Origin: Malacoraja senta
Taxonomy: Eukaryota
DNA: 64,000 bases
Direction of reading: 5' to 3'
Assembly (NCBI GenBank): GCA_038087875.1
Contig: JAXLNO010005343.1
Span: forward strand, 1-64,000
Shown here one piece after another: positions 63,501 through 64,000 of the stretch (its first letter is position 1; every line of letters starts with the position of its first letter). The notes under the pieces are model-generated. The model ran no database searches and was not told where the DNA came from. It saw only the letters and a program-made list of their open reading frames with translations. The translations under genes were made by a program, and so were the position numbers.

Positions 63501-64000
63501 ATGAATTAGAAAAATTACTATCATTCCAACAACTACAACTGAAATATAATTTGAAAAATAATCAATATTTTAAATATATACAAATCTGTGACTATTTGAA
63601 AACACACACAAAAGATTATTATAATATGCCTTCCGACTTACTAGATGAAGCAATGAAGACAAAGGCGGAATCAGTTAATTTAATATCATACTTATATAAT
63701 ATCATCTTAAATATAGAAATACCCACAACAGATGGAATTAGAAGAGATTGGGAACAAGATCTAGGTATAAAAATTTCAAAAGAGAGTTGGGATAATCATT
63801 TATTACAGGTGCATAAATGCTCGATCAACGTACGACATACGCTTATCCAATTTAAAACATTACATAGATTATATTATTCAAAAACCAAACTAAATAAAAT
63901 CTTTCCTAACGTCTCACCAATCTGTGATAAATGTATATGTCAAGAAGCTACCATAGCACATTCTTTTGTTTTTTGTACAAAAATCCAAAAATTCTGGTTT
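60522..64000 (+). CDS. L1 ORF2 with a single 1-nt frameshift near 62568, otherwise open to the window end
   Basis: APE motifs (WNIRG, QETH, GDFN, SDH). After the shift the frame is open through YADD (about 62641-62652) to CDKC..HSFVFC. Confidence 0.92.

Larger units (their letters stand above)
58115..64000 (+). mobile_element. Full-length-type L1 (5' end intact), running off the window
   Basis: GACTTCCGG 5' start, ORF1, 1.2-kb spacer, ORF2. Confidence 0.97.

Noticed and set aside
1-64000. CRISPR arrays, rRNA, true tRNA genes, prokaryotic operons
   Set aside because: None seen. The tRNA-like boxes belong to SINE heads, and the repeats are eukaryotic transposon-derived.

Overview
Eukaryotic, repeat-dense genomic DNA. 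The repeat families (CR1 LINEs with shark/ray-type tails, V-SINEs, Penelope-like elements with hammerhead tails, L1) point to a cartilaginous fish, probably a skate or ray (inference). The main host feature is a 7-exon, + strand immunoglobulin-superfamily receptor gene (18453-51146) that the ORF track does not show. It has a leader, a V domain with a germline-joined J-like GxG strand, a C1-set domain, a TM segment and a tail with three tyrosine motifs (SSYAAL, TTYAE, LIYASV), so it is SIRP-like or VJ-C1 type. As assembled it carries single-base indels and one nonsense codon. A paralogous ITIM terminal exon at 154-270 suggests a tandem cluster of such receptors. Three L1 elements are present: one inserted 16 nt after a splice donor, whose TSD duplicates that donor, and one near-intact. 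They share a covarying hairpin in the inter-ORF spacer. Other features are a 2.3-kb A-B-A-B-A array with a double fold-back junction, a decayed gamma-type retroviral env, a closely spaced inverted CR1 pair, a Helitron-like element, hAT/Kolobok-like MITEs and hammerhead ribozyme motifs. All boundaries and identities were read by eye; no searches were run.
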